A DNA stretch of 63,251 bases, counting the filler, from Craspedostauros australis (Eukaryota), in NCBI GenBank assembly GCA_030167865.1. It is 8 parts of 8 records of this genome, joined end to end, with 100 filler letters (N's around TTAATTAATTAA, not from the genome) between each part and the next. Parts side by side here need not be neighbours in the genome. Positions count along the whole stretch, not along the records: positions 28,940 to 34,871 come from JALAGF010005984.1; positions 34,972 to 37,993 come from JALAGF010005987.1; positions 38,094 to 47,121 come from JALAGF010005988.1; 5 more parts are not named here. One strand, given 5' to 3'. Both the position numbers and the translations under genes were made by a program. The notes below the pieces were generated by a model that searched no databases, was not told the DNA's origin, and saw only the letters and a program-made list of their open reading frames with translations. Positions 33,619-46,458 of the stretch are shown one piece after another. Numbering within the stretch: the first letter of the stretch is position 1; each line of letters opens with the position of its first letter.

Positions 33619-35294
33619 GATGGCACGATGGCGCGATGGGCTGTTTGTCTCTGGCTATACCTGGCTTTCCCTTCGACTCTGACCTATCTTGGGCTGTGTT
33701 GAGCAGCGTCGAGCAGCGTCGAGCGAAGGCAGGTTGTGGTGGGTGTATGGCCCGTGTACTCGAAAGGCGCAGGGTATGTACATACCATCATATAATATTA
33801 TAATAGATCGCATGGTATGAGTGCGATACGACCTACTGATCACATCGGCAACGCAGACACTCATGGAGAAAGAAGGATTGCGCGACAACCCAGGTGCGAG
33901 GCTCTTCATGACGTGGACGTGGATGTCGAAGTTGAAGCTGCCGAAGTTGATGTTGGCGTTTGGCCTTGCATCGATGGAGGTGCTGCCAAGGCATACACTT
34001 GCGACCCACAAACAGGAGCGCGAGCACGAGTACGTCAAGGGAGAGAGAATGCGCAAGTGTCGGGATGTTCGCATGGGTACAACCACCGCTGTGTGCCATG
34101 GTGAGGACCCTTGTTCGCCTTTGCCCTTGTCAATGGGATACTTCTTGCTGCGCGCAGGATTCCTCTGCCCTGCCCAAACCCGCTCGCAAAAGAGACAGAA
34201 GAGAAGCAATTTTGACGACATAACTACCGCTTGTGTGTCTGCAAACGACCAAGAGAGATGATGCGAGTTCCATTGTTGCGGCTCGTATTGGGGAGAATTA
34301 ATCATCGAAGTGAAGCAAATAAATAACACTGACATCTTGCCGCAGAGTCCTTTGCTCCATTCCACGAGCTGCAAGAAATCACTTTGCGACAACAGGGGTG
34401 GAATGGGCTTGGGTGGATGCGACGACACAGGCTTTTCTCCCTGTGACATAGCCTTGACAGAATCTCTTGTCTCTTTGTGAATGTTTCACGCACGCGGATC
34501 AACATCGACAGCGAAACAGTACAGTAATACCGCCGCACGCAATCGTTTTCGCGCCACGAGACGAAGCTGCAGCCATTGGTGTTGGTCGGTCGCGGATCGG
34601 AGTTAGCGAAGATCGCGTCGCCATCTTCGGTGCAAGGTGGAGAGACAGATCTCATGTGGCGACAGCAGGCGCATCACGCGCATCACGCGCATCACAAGTT
34701 GCACAAGCTGCGGCAAGCGCAACAGGTATTATATGACCTATTATACTATATCAACTGCTCTATTATGTTATTATATTCTGTTGTGCTGTGCATCAACCCT
34801 TGGCATGGCACCCCCGTGAATGGTTAGCGTACGAGCTACTCGTATGGCACGGCACCAACAGCATGGCTTTCNNNNNNNNNNNNNNNNNNNNNNNNNNNNN
34901 NNNNNNNNNNNNNNNTTAATTAATTAANNNNNNNNNNNNNNNNNNNNNNNNNNNNNNNNNNNNNNNNNNNNTAGTAGTAGTCACATACTACTAGCTTGTC
35001 TGCGTTGGGTGGTACGACTGCGACTACTACTACAGGAAGGCCCATACAAGCTAAGTATGGAGAGTTTGGCTATGGTGGATGCTGTTTTGGCCTGTTTTTG
35101 TTTGGGACCCACGCAGAAAGCGTACCACGATCTACACAACAGTTTTTGCGATCCAAGCATTTCCAAAAATCGCCAAATTGTTTGGCTACAGCTGGCTCTT
35201 CAAGGCACTAGAGTATAATACTATTCTGCGACTCCAGTAGTTCCTAAACTTCTCTCTGCCTCCATCTGAGGCATCTACTCAACAAGACTCCTCA

Positions 35295-37993
35295 TCACAC
35301 CGACCCATCGCTCAGGACGGAGATATCATCATCATCGTCCGTGCACGCGTACGTATCTTGCTTCGATGAGACGTCGCCAACTTGCCCTTTTCTGGCGGAA
35401 CCAGGCATGAGGGGTGTCATCGAAGTGACGATCCCAGTCTCTGCTCCAATGGTATCATCCGATGCTTGCTTCCTGCCGTTGAAGCCGATGGTTGGGATGT
35501 GCACTGCTGTGATTTGCTTACCCTTTGACCTCGCGAGCTTCTTGAGGTCAAGGTACTGCAGATGGCGCGACTTGATGTCGTCGACCTTGGCCTTGCAACT
35601 CCATTGGTTGTAATGAATGACCGCATCCGTGAAGTACGTGCCGATCATCTCTTCCTCGCCCATTCGGAGAAACGTTTCACCAGCCAGTTCCGAAGCAAGC
35701 GCCACGTCGTGGATGCAACCTGCCTTGCTGGCGACAGCGATCGCGAGGTCGTAGGATTGCTTTATTGCGATCGTGTGGCTTGAGGTGACGGCCTTGAGTT
35801 GCGCCGTTAGCATGAGACTTTGGTGGAGGCAGTTCGATCCTCTGTGGCGCACCAGACTCTTCAGTTCCCGCGTATTGTGTTGGAGCCTTCTCAGGTGCTT
35901 CTTCTTCTTCGTACTTCTGTAATAGCCCGCTGCTGCAAGGCCAACAAACAGCAGACGAGGAACGAATATGCTGTAACACAGTCTGTCCCCATGGACTTTC
36001 TCGAACCTTTCAGCGAGCTCGCTGGCGATGGTGTACCGTTGAAAGTAGACGGCCAGACGGAGCCTGATGGAATATCCACCTGTCAAGAAGTAGGCGTCGT
36101 TGGAAACTTCAGAGCTCATCGATTGCGAGCCGAAGTTTTGGACCTCGACCCAGTCGATAGGTGCCTCACCAGCCAAGTTTCTCATCACTGGTAGTTGCAC
36201 CTCAGTGACCCTTTGCATTGATAGGATGTGGTACTGCTTTGTCTGATCGATGATGGCACGCTGCGATTGGATGAGACTGCCGAGGTCCTGCCCAACGGCA
36301 ATGCCAAGATCGATACGGGCGGACCAATTCATGGCGGCCATCTCAACGTCACCAACCTGCATGGCCGATCTATATCCAGTCTCCAGATCCTTGAATTGCT
36401 CGTGGTGAGGTCTACTCCATGAGAAAATGTAGGAGCTGGAGCTCAAGTACGCTCTGCCAGTCATTGTCTTGCCTTGCGTGATGTCCAGTATCTTTCTCGT
36501 AAGGAGGGCCATGCGATTTGCAGTGCTGGAATCGTTCATGGTCAGACCAATCACCGCACATGACGTCAAAGCAGTAACAGAGTATTCGCACAGGCCATAT
36601 TTCTTGACGAGGCGAAGTTGCTGGCCTATGCAGACAAGGATGAGCAATATGTTCTGTGTGATGAAGGCTTGCATTGCAAGCTTGCTCAGAATCTTCATTC
36701 CCATCTCCTTGACAGAATCAGTCATCAGCGGGAGATTCAGGATCGTCTCGTCGCTCTGACCCTTGATGAAGTTGTTCATGAAGCGCCAGTCCTTGGCGGC
36801 GTGAAGAGCGAACCACCTCTTGGGGAAGATCTTGAGCTCCTGGGCCACGCCGACCAGCAGCTTCACTGCCTTGTCATGCTGGTGTTGGCGGGTGAGGATG
36901 TCGGCCATCGGTATGTAGCATGGGAGTCGTTCCTCCAGCGTCTTCGCTCGTTTCAGGACGAGATTGAACATTGACGTGGCGACATCGTAGTTGCCAAGGG
37001 CNNNNNNNNNNNNNNNNNNNNNNNNNNNNNNNNNNNNNNNNNNNNNNTGGAAGTGCTCGCTTTGGTTGTTGCGAACGAGCCGGAAGCCATGGTAGGCCTT
37101 CTCCAGGTAGGATGCGGCCAGGGAGAGCGCGCTCTTGGCCAGTGCGATCTCGCCGACTTGGAGGTTGAGGTTGACGAGGAACAGAGCATCCTTGGTTGGC
37201 ACACTGTTGAGATGATCAGCCGCGATGAAGAGCAGACCGTCATCGTTCTGGACGATGGGCTTGGCCGCAGCATTGTCGTCCTGAGAGCTGCTGAGCCGAT
37301 TGTACATGTTGAGGATGCTGCGCCCAATGGCCCTGCGGAGCTTGTCGCGGGACTCTCCTTCTGGGATGACGTTGCGAGCCGCCTGCTGGATGCGATCATG
37401 AGCGAAGCGGTAGGTTGCGGCGCCGATGGTGTTGGTCAGCAGCCCTTCGAGAACCGCCTCGTCCAGAAGGAAGGTCAGGTCCTGATCTCCGTCTGGCGCA
37501 GAGCCCGAGATCTGCTCGCCGCCCCAGCAGGCGAGATCTCCGTCGCACATGCCGATGAGATCCTTGATCTCGTTCCAGACAGCCCGCAGCGTCGAAAGCT
37601 CGAATTGGGACTGGATGTAGGATGCCACTGTGAGCAGCTGCTGCAGGGTCTTGGGGAGGTACTTCATCTTGGAGGTGATGAGATCCTCGATGTTTCCACC
37701 AACGGACACGGTCAGGAGCGATCGTTCGTCGTCGTCGATCCCGACGCTGCTGTTGGCGTCAGCGTCAGATCCTGGGCTTGGCCTGGTGTCGTGCCCATCT
37801 GCTCCCCATCTCCACGTGCAAAGAATGTCATCGTAGATGATGCGATTTTCTCGCTGCAGCGCCTCCAAGGCTTGGACAATGTAGAATGGGTTGCCCAGTG
37901 TCTTGTAGTGTAGCTTGAATGACAAGGACCGGATGATCTTGGTCGGCGAGTCGAGCAGAGATGACATCCATTGGGTGACCTCTGCCAACGTCA
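35295..37993 (-). CDS. STAND/COG3899-like ATPase with helical-repeat C-terminus, 5'-truncated
   Basis: KTLGNPFYIVQAL, LPKTLQQLLTVAS, YRFAHDRIQQAA, GYRSAMQVGDVE, YDLAIAVA...HDVALASELAG...YNQWSCKAKV. The P-loop lies beyond the contig edge. Confidence 0.8.
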
Positions 37994-38093
37994 NNNNNNN
38001 NNNNNNNNNNNNNNNNNNNNNNNNNNNNNNNNNNNNNTTAATTAATTAANNNNNNNNNNNNNNNNNNNNNNNNNNNNNNNNNNNNNNNNNNNN

Positions 38094-38771
38094 CGATTGG
38101 TGTCAAGCTTGATGTCCTTTCTGAATTGTTCTAGTCCGCGAGTGGCACGTGTTTCGGTTCTCCTGATGGGGTGATCATAGACCTGCTGGTCATCGATGTT
38201 TCTCCTGTGACGTCGTTGTTTGGATTGTCGCGATGTCATGCTTGATGTTGGGACATCCTGTTTTTCGATGTCGTGGCTTTTCTTGTTAGAGGAGGACAGG
38301 CTTGTTTTCTTGTCAAGACTGAGATCAATCACGTTTTTCTTGAGTCACGGGTGTGATCAACAAGACTCAAAGGTGTGATCAACAGGAGTTGATTTCAGTC
38401 GTGATTGATAATTTTGGGAGGTGCGGCAATCATGGGTATCTTGACAAAGTCGTACCCCCGATTCCTAACATGGGTGATGGATGTCAGATTGGGAGAGAGT
38501 GAAACTTGACATCAGCATGCATATACTGCAGGAATGTAGGAGGGAACCTCAGTGGACAAGCATGATGAAATACACCTGTTATGCATGATGAGATGTGAAC
38601 AATGAAGGAGGATTGCAATGATGAATGCAGGAGCAACTACAGGGTGTTACTGGCATCATCATGGGCAAACAACTTGAGGAAATGAGAAATGAAGATGTTG
38701 TTCTCACAGTTCTAAAATGGTACAGTTTAATAAGCATTAGACTACAGTACTCTTACCCTGGATTTCCAACA
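38094..38771. mobile_element. Nested LTR-like relics: an inverted left terminus ending at 38470 abutting a right-terminal fragment ending at 38771
   Basis: The reverse complement of ~38415-38470 is nearly identical to 26080-26135. 38703-38771 matches 26750-26825. Confidence 0.65.
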
Positions 38772-40088
38772 TGCAACAAACAGCAGATGGAACAGTTTGC
38801 TGGAGGTGACAAACTGCAGGGGTGACTGACCATCCCACATCAACTGTTCATCCAGGATGTGCTTCATTTCATTTGCTATTGGTTTTTGCTTCAGCATCTT
38901 ACGATCGCGGCAAGTAGTTGCAGCGCGGTCGATCGCCTGGTCAATCCTGCTTGACCAGTTGGGTGTTTCCACAATGGCCTCCTTCTTAAGCATCAAATGG
39001 AACAGCAGCATCAATAGATCTTTTCTCAACATCTCTGTGGTGCACAACGATGCTGGCACCATCCAATTGAGGAACAGCGGGTGTCAGATTCATCTGCAGG
39101 TACTTATCGCACTTGCTACCAGCAGCAAGTACTGCTCGATGAATGGTTCTTCCCACTACACTATCCACACCCTCTCAGTGCGATGTGCAAGGTAGATGTC
39201 CCATTCCAGCTGTCCCAGACGGTCATGCAAACCATGACAAAAAATGCGGAAGTTACAAATCAGCAAGGGCGGTGCATCAGAATTGGTGTGGATGGCATTG
39301 TCTGGGAACTTGGAACGTATCTCGATATGCCATTGCAAGTACAGTTGGATTCATTGGGGCAGCTGTGCAAAGTGATTGTGCAAATGTTGCATGGACGGCT
39401 GCATATTGGTATTGGTATTGGATGGTGATCATCTGGGATGAGACGGATGGGTCAACATCGAGTCCGCCTGGGCGTCAATGGTATGAAACATAGAGAACCA
39501 TGGGGAATGTTCCATTGTCCAAGGGACCATCATGGCCATCAACACCATCACAATGCATGCCATTCTTCTCATGAATGCCAGCAACCACATCACAATGGAT
39601 CTTGCCTGTGTTCTCTTCTTGCCATCATGAGGATGTATATCGAAGGAGCGGATCATGAACGACAGCACAGTCTCTCACGCTCTTTGGACATGTCAGCATG
39701 TATGCCACCATAGAGTATCTGATGCCACCAATACCACTGTTTCTGGCACCATTGTCATGAGTGTTGTGATCTTTATTGATGTTACTGTGCTTGCCAGGCC
39801 AGTGTTCCTGCACTTGACTCTAATTTGGGTGTTGTTTGAAGGTGATGGGAGTGTGACGATTGATGATGGCGATGACCGTTGCTTGTCATTCTGCGAAAAG
39901 CAACACCAGCAACAACAAAGAGACATTTGGCACCAAGACAGTATCCTTGAACCGAATAGTGACTGAGATAGTGTAGAAGACACAAGCCAAGCTAGAGTCC
40001 ACATCATCGCCAAGGAGTGCTCTGCTTTGCCAGCACAACATAGGAAATGGTCACAGAGAGCGAGCTAGTGAATGCTAGTAGGTGATGA

Positions 40089-43000
40089 TTAGAGTACTTC
40101 GCAGGCAGATTGGACTGGTCCAGGGCAATCCACGTTGAATTCGTCGACTACGTACGTCTCTGTTGTTGACATACACAGTTTTCCCTTGGCGCAACCGATA
40201 CAGGGGGAGAGGGTCGTGCAGATTCCACTTCTGATGAGGATGTCATTGGTTGCAATGTCACTGTTGCCAAGAGTTTGGCACGTCCTCTCGCCCGAGCACG
40301 CACCGGCTTCGATGATTACGTCTCCTGCCAATTTGGTCGTTTGGCTACGATGAAATTCAAAGCAAGCGGAAGTCCCTTTGCACGCATCCTTTCCGATGAA
40401 GACGTTTGCCACAACCGGTGGCATGGGTTCAGACCCTTGGTGGGTGCGGCTTGCAATGGCAGTGCATGCATTGAATGCATCACATGCTCCTTCTTCCACT
40501 CGTATATTGCCAAAGATGTTACGTCCAATAACATTGCAACTCTGCTCTGCAACACAAGCTCTTGGCCCGATCACCCTGAATCCGACTGGGACACCAGCAG
40601 CTGGCTGAAGTCCGGGGAAATTACCCAAAATAAGGCAGGAATTGTCTCCCTTGCAACTGTCAAGTATTATTGCGTTGGGACGTGTGGATTTGCATGCGCG
40701 AACCCCGATACATGACCCTGAGCTCACTGTCATGACACTGCCATCAGCAGGGTCAATGATGCAAGCCTCGCTACCACTGCAGCATGAATCGCATGCAGTC
40801 GTCACCACAGACGCGCTACCAGTGAAAAGCTTCTTGTTCTCGTCTATGATCGCCAACAATGCGGTGGTCACACTTTCGTCGTTCTTGATCTTGTCAAAGC
40901 GTTCCTGCGCCACCGCCAACGTCACGGGCTGTGGAGGGTTTGCACCATCGCATCCAAAGATGCTCTTGACCATCTTGCCCTTGTCACCGAGGGCATCGAC
41001 CGCAGTGACAAATTTAGCGCAAGTGCCTGCTGCATCATCGCAGAATACATCACCAGTGATAGAAATGAACATTGATGTGTCGTCACCCGGTGTCGCGAGA
41101 CATCCAACGATGAAGGATGCCGGGGTGAGAGTTGGGCTGTTTGTTCTTGTAGGCTCTTGCGATGGCTCCTCGGACGGGAGTGAGCTCGGGATATCTGATG
41201 GCATCTCAGACGGAACGTGAGAGGGTTGTTCGGACGGAAGAGCAGATGGGACGTGCGAAGGCTCCTCGGATGGGAGTGAGCTTGGGATATCTGACGGCAT
41301 CTCAGACGGAAGGTGAGAGGGTTGTTCGGACGGAAGAGCAGACGGGACGTGCGACGGCTCCTCAGACGGGACTCGCGATGGTGTGTTTGACGGGAGTGAG
41401 CTTGGGATATCTGACGGCTCGTCGGACGGAAGTTGGGAGGGCTGTGCGGACGGCATCTCAGACGGGACTTGCGATGGACTGCCTGACGGAAAATATGAGG
41501 GCGTCCGAGACGGCGAGTTAGATGGGGAACTGGTTGGACTGGCCGTGAGAGGTGTGGGGAAAGGAGTGGGAGAAAAAGTCGGACAGTCTGTGGGCAATGT
41601 GTCCTTGCCAATACAGTACTTCTCCACTTTGTCACCGGTTGGATTGCCCCCAGAGCTGCTGCTTCCCTTTGGGCAGGCCCCATCGACATCGCTGATGAAG
41701 TAGAATTCATCGGGGCTGCACTCCGTCTTCGTCATGCACCCCCTGCAGCCTTCGACACTGCCACATCCACCAGGAGGGACGATGATGTCCGTTCTCATCC
41801 TGTCACTGAAGCCCATCTTCTCGCATGACCCATCGGCGGCACAGCCAGCAGCACCAATGGTCAGACTGCCTGCCGGCTTGCCAGCAGTACCATGGTTGAC
41901 AGTGGAATGGGCATCCTTGCAGGCATTGCTGCCAACACACGCATTCGGGCCAATGTCGATGTGGCTGCGGAAGCGAAAGGATGGTGCTGATTGCTCCACA
42001 CGGCGGCCAGCTGCATTGCATGCCTCTGATCCAATACATGCACCGGTCTGGATGGTGACATCACCATGAGAGCGGCGTCCCACTCCCTCACAAGATTGAG
42101 GGGTGGTGCATGCCATCTCACCAACGAAGGTAACTCCTGTGGTGAAGGGATTGATCTCATTCTCATTTATCAATTCGCATGCGCTGTCTCCAGTGCAGGA
42201 GGAATCGAGTATGAGGGAATTGGGACCCATATCCTTGCAGGCGCTGTCACCGGTGCATGCCGTGATGGCGATGGTCATGAATGGAGGAGAGTTGGAGGCG
42301 GAACCGGTGACTGAAGTGCACCCCGAGGATCCCTGGCAGCATGGGTCCGCGACGGCAGGCGATTGCATCGCAGCGATGGCCGCGCATGCTGCCTTCATGG
42401 CATCCGGACGTTCGGTGACGAGGATCACGTTGGTGGCAGCGACCAACGCCAATTGGCCAGCAAGCATGTCATGCGACGCATACTTGTTGAAGAGCTTGCG
42501 TGCAGCTCCTTCTCCGAGGTCTCCTGCGCATCCGAAGAAGTTCTGCAGCTGCTCGGATTCCTTGACGGCACTGATGGCTTCGCGGCAGGATGGCTTGTTT
42601 GCATTGCAGATGATGGTCTTGGCGCTTGCCTCTTGTGTTGTGAGAGTGGTGGTGAGAGCGGTGTTGCCGTCTGGCCGGCAAACGACTTCGATGGTAGAAT
42701 CAAAGACCACTGGGGCAGCTGATGGTTTAGACGTTGGCAGGAGAGTCGGTTGAGAGGTCGGCGAAGCAGTTGGCTGGGCGACAGGTGCCATCGACGGCAT
42801 CTCCGAAATCAACCCTGTCGGCGATCCAGTCGGCAACGCGGTTGGCGCAGAGGTCTCGGGAGTACCCGGGTTGTCTGTGGGAGGCTCTCGGTCGGCCTTG
42901 TTTTGTTTCGCCGCCTTCTCGTTGTCATCAGCGCCGACCTTGAGGATGCGGGTCTTCATCATCATCATGTGGAGTTCCTCAGTTGGATCCATGGGGGTCC

Positions 43001-43091
43001 GGTTGCCACGGAGCACGGCGTGAGTCAACACCATGTTGGAGAGGAAGAGAACAGCCACGATGGGTGCCTTCATGTTGATCATGCGGATCAT
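40089..43091 (-). CDS. Large secreted Cys-rich protein with two homologous Cys-repeat domains separated by Pro-Ser repeats
   Basis: Signal peptide MKAPIVAVLFLSNMVLTHA (start at 43091 or 43073), LRG/RIL propeptide motifs, repeated (A/S)CxGxx(A/S)C units, and 32-aa PSEEPSHVPSALPSEQPSHxPSEMPSDIPSSL repeats. Confidence 0.8.
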   Translation of the reverse strand: MIRMINMKAPIVAVLFLSNMVLTHAVLRGNRTPMDPTEELHMMMMKTRILKVGADDNEKAAKQNKADREPPTDNPGTPETSAPTALPTGSPTGLISEMPSMAPVAQPTASPTSQPTLLPTSKPSAAPVVFDSTIEVVCRPDGNTALTTTLTTQEASAKTIICNANKPSCREAISAVKESEQLQNFFGCAGDLGEGAARKLFNKYASHDMLAGQLALVAATNVILVTERPDAMKAACAAIAAMQSPAVADPCCQGSSGCTSVTGSASNSPPFMTIAITACTGDSACKDMGPNSLILDSSCTGDSACELINENEINPFTTGVTFVGEMACTTPQSCEGVGRRSHGDVTIQTGACIGSEACNAAGRRVEQSAPSFRFRSHIDIGPNACVGSNACKDAHSTVNHGTAGKPAGSLTIGAAGCAADGSCEKMGFSDRMRTDIIVPPGGCGSVEGCRGCMTKTECSPDEFYFISDVDGACPKGSSSSGGNPTGDKVEKYCIGKDTLPTDCPTFSPTPFPTPLTASPTSSPSNSPSRTPSYFPSGSPSQVPSEMPSAQPSQLPSDEPSDIPSSLPSNTPSRVPSEEPSHVPSALPSEQPSHLPSEMPSDIPSSLPSEEPSHVPSALPSEQPSHVPSEMPSDIPSSLPSEEPSQEPTRTNSPTLTPASFIVGCLATPGDDTSMFISITGDVFCDDAAGTCAKFVTAVDALGDKGKMVKSIFGCDGANPPQPVTLAVAQERFDKIKNDESVTTALLAIIDENKKLFTGSASVVTTACDSCCSGSEACIIDPADGSVMTVSSGSCIGVRACKSTRPNAIILDSCKGDNSCLILGNFPGLQPAAGVPVGFRVIGPRACVAEQSCNVIGRNIFGNIRVEEGACDAFNACTAIASRTHQGSEPMPPVVANVFIGKDACKGTSACFEFHRSQTTKLAGDVIIEAGACSGERTCQTLGNSDIATNDILIRSGICTTLSPCIGCAKGKLCMSTTETYVVDEFNVDCPGPVQSACEVL

Positions 43092-46000
43092 GGTTGCTGT
43101 TTGCTGCTTGTCGGTTGCTTGGATTGTGTGCTGCGATTCATTTTCGTGTTGGACACGGATAGAGCAGCGCAGCGTAGAGCAGAGCAGTGTGAAGTACGGG
43201 AGCAAAAGTGCTCGTACCGGTGGGATACGAGAGGTGTGGGATTGAGTTGAGTTGGGCAGAGCAGCGGAACGTGGCAGCAGTGTATTGGGCAGACCAGAGT
43301 CGAGCGGAGTTGGAGGCGATGGCGCCGTATGCCATCAACATACAAAGCAAGCATATGGTCGGAATGACAAGCGTGGAGACGCGTGGAGTCGTTACACACC
43401 ACGCCTCCCATGACGATGGCAGCTGATTCGGTAGGAGCGTCCTCCCTAGATGCTGCCGGCGATGCTGATGCTCTCGATGTGTGCATCTCTTTGAAGCAGC
43501 ACGCTGTGTCGGGTAGGACGAGTGCTGCGAACGAATCCTCCCGTCATTGGCTCCTCGCCATGCAGACGTTCATTCATCTTGCAAACCTGCGTCTGTAATC
43601 GACCGACGAGCGGAACGTACCTTTGGTTTGCATCTGGCTTTGGCGGGAGAGAGTCTTGTGATCACGTGGCAATGCTTGTCGATTGCTGTGTTGTGATGCT
43701 GCGCTTCGAAGGACAATTTGTTCGTCGATTGTTTTTTGTACAGATGTTGTGTGAATCCGTCGGAGGCAGGGAAGCGATTGTCGCAGACGCAAATCCACAC
43801 GCACATGCAGTGAGAGACGCAGAGAGGAATAGTGCGATGGACACTGTGATTTTGTTGTTACACCAACGACAGATGCACACTCCTCCCTCCACTACTCTGC
43901 TCGTGCGTGCACACTCACACACACCTTGTGGAGAAAAGTATGTGGAGAGGCATTGCTTGTTCGTTCATCCAATCCTCAAGATCTCTTCAACAAGGTCCAC
44001 CAAGGTGATCCACACCAATAACGTCTGGTTCCAAAACAAAGAGACTCGTTCCAGCCCAGTCGGCGTGTGTGCATGGTATTCGTGCGAATTGGAGGAGTTC
44101 TGCGCCGTTTCGTTTGCGCTCGCGTTGTTTGCATGGTTGGTAGAAGTTGCGCTCTGGTGCATCAACGCTGGGATTGATCGGCCCCACCAGTTTCCACTAG
44201 CGACACGAAAGGCTCAGACGAGCACGCCCGAGTCCTTGCGCGTTCACCACCGTGTTTCTATTTTCTCCATGGCCACCTTCAGTCATTTCGAATTGTGGTC
44301 TCACTGGTCTTTTGTCACAACCACTTCTCGCGGAGAGGCCCACCGTTGCCGGAAACCAAAAGAAGGACCAACGCAAACCCCAGAACAGCATCAACCAACA
44401 GTTTTACGGACACAAAAATCCTTCCGCGATAATGCCGTGTGGAAGTCGGAAGCACATTCCCTTGACCACCTCAACTAACCGATGCGAACAAACAGGAGGT
44501 GACAACTGCGGCACATCGATACGAATGTGTCACACCAACGTCGAGTGGCAACTTGTCGCATGAGGACCCGAAATCTATCTGGGCGTATGCTTGTACCCAG
44601 ATTTGTTCGTGATTTCGTCGCCGCAAATTCTGACAAAGTAGTTCTCCGACCGGCTCCATTCTCCCGATCCGGACATTCGCCAGATAAAAGCAACCAGATC
44701 GAGGAAGGTGCGCCAAAGCGACAACGTGTGTCATCGCGTCGTGTGTGGCCAAACTGCCGCGATCCGATGCAATGGTGGAAGACGGAAACATACAGGAATG
44801 CAACACGAGAGAGCCAAAGCAATGGATGGAATCGTCAAGAGTGATGTTGCACTCCAATGTGCACCATGCAGTATACTCGGAGATGCTGGAGTCGAACGGT
44901 CCTCTCAATCATTCCAGACAAATGTTCTGTCTCTCTCAGAGCAACTCTGCCATCCCAACAAGCAGCGCGAGAGCAGCGACATTCGTACCAGAGTCATGAT
45001 TAGCAACAACAGTAGTGACATTGACGACGTCATCACCAATGGCAGCGCATCATGAGCGTGTGCGCGATGAGGACCAAAACCAAGACCAACCCCAAGCGCT
45101 CATCGCCATGTTCGTCATTGATGTTTTCTGTCAAGTGTGGTCTCGACAGAGATGGAAAAGCCTGGCTCCGAGTCGCGCAAGAGCGAAGGAAAACTTGTGC
45201 GCCTAACGTCGACAAGTGACTTGACGAGACGACGGAAAAGGGAATTGGGCGCGGCAACATCCCAGCGCCTTCAAGGCGCAGCAATTCCGACTTGCGGCTC
45301 GCAAGGAAACATCAACGTTCGAAACAGGGAGCTGGGGAAATGCAGTCATGCAAAAAAGGGAGAAATTCTGAATTTGTTCACGGATTTTGCGCACATTAGA
45401 CTGATACGACCCAAATGTTGTCGTTAATTGTGTCGAGATTTGGCATGACGTCACCGACCAGACGAAGGCGGGACTCGGATCGAGACTGAAAACTCACGGA
45501 GGTCAGATGAATCGTGTGTCTGTACCACGACCGAAACTGTGACCGAATGTAGTGGTCTCAATACTTTACCCCAGTGTGCAGAATGCAAGATTGAACATGA
45601 CACTTGCAAACACCTTGACATTGGAGGACNNNNNNNNNNNNNNNNNNNNNNNNNNNNNNNNNNNNNNNNNNNNNNNNNNTCTCAATACTTTACCCCAGTG
45701 TGCAGAATGCAAGATTGAACATGACACTTGCAAACACCTTGACATTGGAGGACTCCCCATGTGTGTCCTTATGTGTTCAGATTCGGAACATCAACATTGC
45801 AATCTGTGAGCCAGATGGAATCACAGATGAATGCGCCAATGGTTCCGAGTACGAATGGGATTGCTCCATAACCGGAAGCAACATGGATACACAAGATAAG
45901 ATCAGCAGAGTGGCTGATGTACAACACGAGATCACGATGAACAGAGCAGCAGAGAGAGAGAGAGCAGAATCGGAAATAGAATAGCTCATAAAACTGACAG

Positions 46001-46305
46001 AGAAAAGGTTACCAACCCTCAACAGAAACAGTCTACTTTTACCAACAAGTCTACAGCACCCGGACATTTCAACATAATTGACCCCCACTCCGATAGTATC
46101 AATGGAGCCACTGTGGTGCGTGTGGACAGCAAACCACGTGAATTCCGTTGAAACTGCCATTCGATCGCACTTGACCAAGACGACCACTCCATAGGCACAA
46201 TCACGATTCAACTACAGCGACTAAAATGTACAGCCAGCAGAAAATCATGTAACGTCTCTAACCATTACTATTTTAAATCCGAACACCAGGCTGATTGCAA
46301 TTAAA

Positions 46306-46458
46306 TGTTGAAACTATCGCTGATCCATTGAAACTAATGACGAAATGTTGAAGCTAATGAAGAACCGTTGAAACTAGTAACAAAGCATTGAAACTAATGA
46401 AGAAACATTGAAACTAATAGCAAGGTGTTTTAAACTAATATAGAACCGTTGGAAGTAG
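46306..46458. repeat. 20-nt-period minisatellite with conserved TTGAAACTA core, ~8 units
   Basis: Core starts at 46308, 46328, 46348, 46368, 46388 and 46408, then degenerates. The linker bases vary. Confidence 0.85.

Noticed and set aside
38780..40010. Possible decayed glycosyltransferase-like pseudogene on the minus strand
   Set aside because: Only vague motif echoes across several frames; not supportable without tBLASTn.
43522..44478. 318-aa ORF
   Set aside because: Non-ATG start, no domain and no coding-like composition; it lies upstream of the 40089..43091 gene.
46306..46458. CRISPR array (ATTGAAAC resembles a CRISPR repeat end)
   Set aside because: The period is only 20 nt with no spacer-length unique sequence, there are no cas genes, and the context is eukaryotic.
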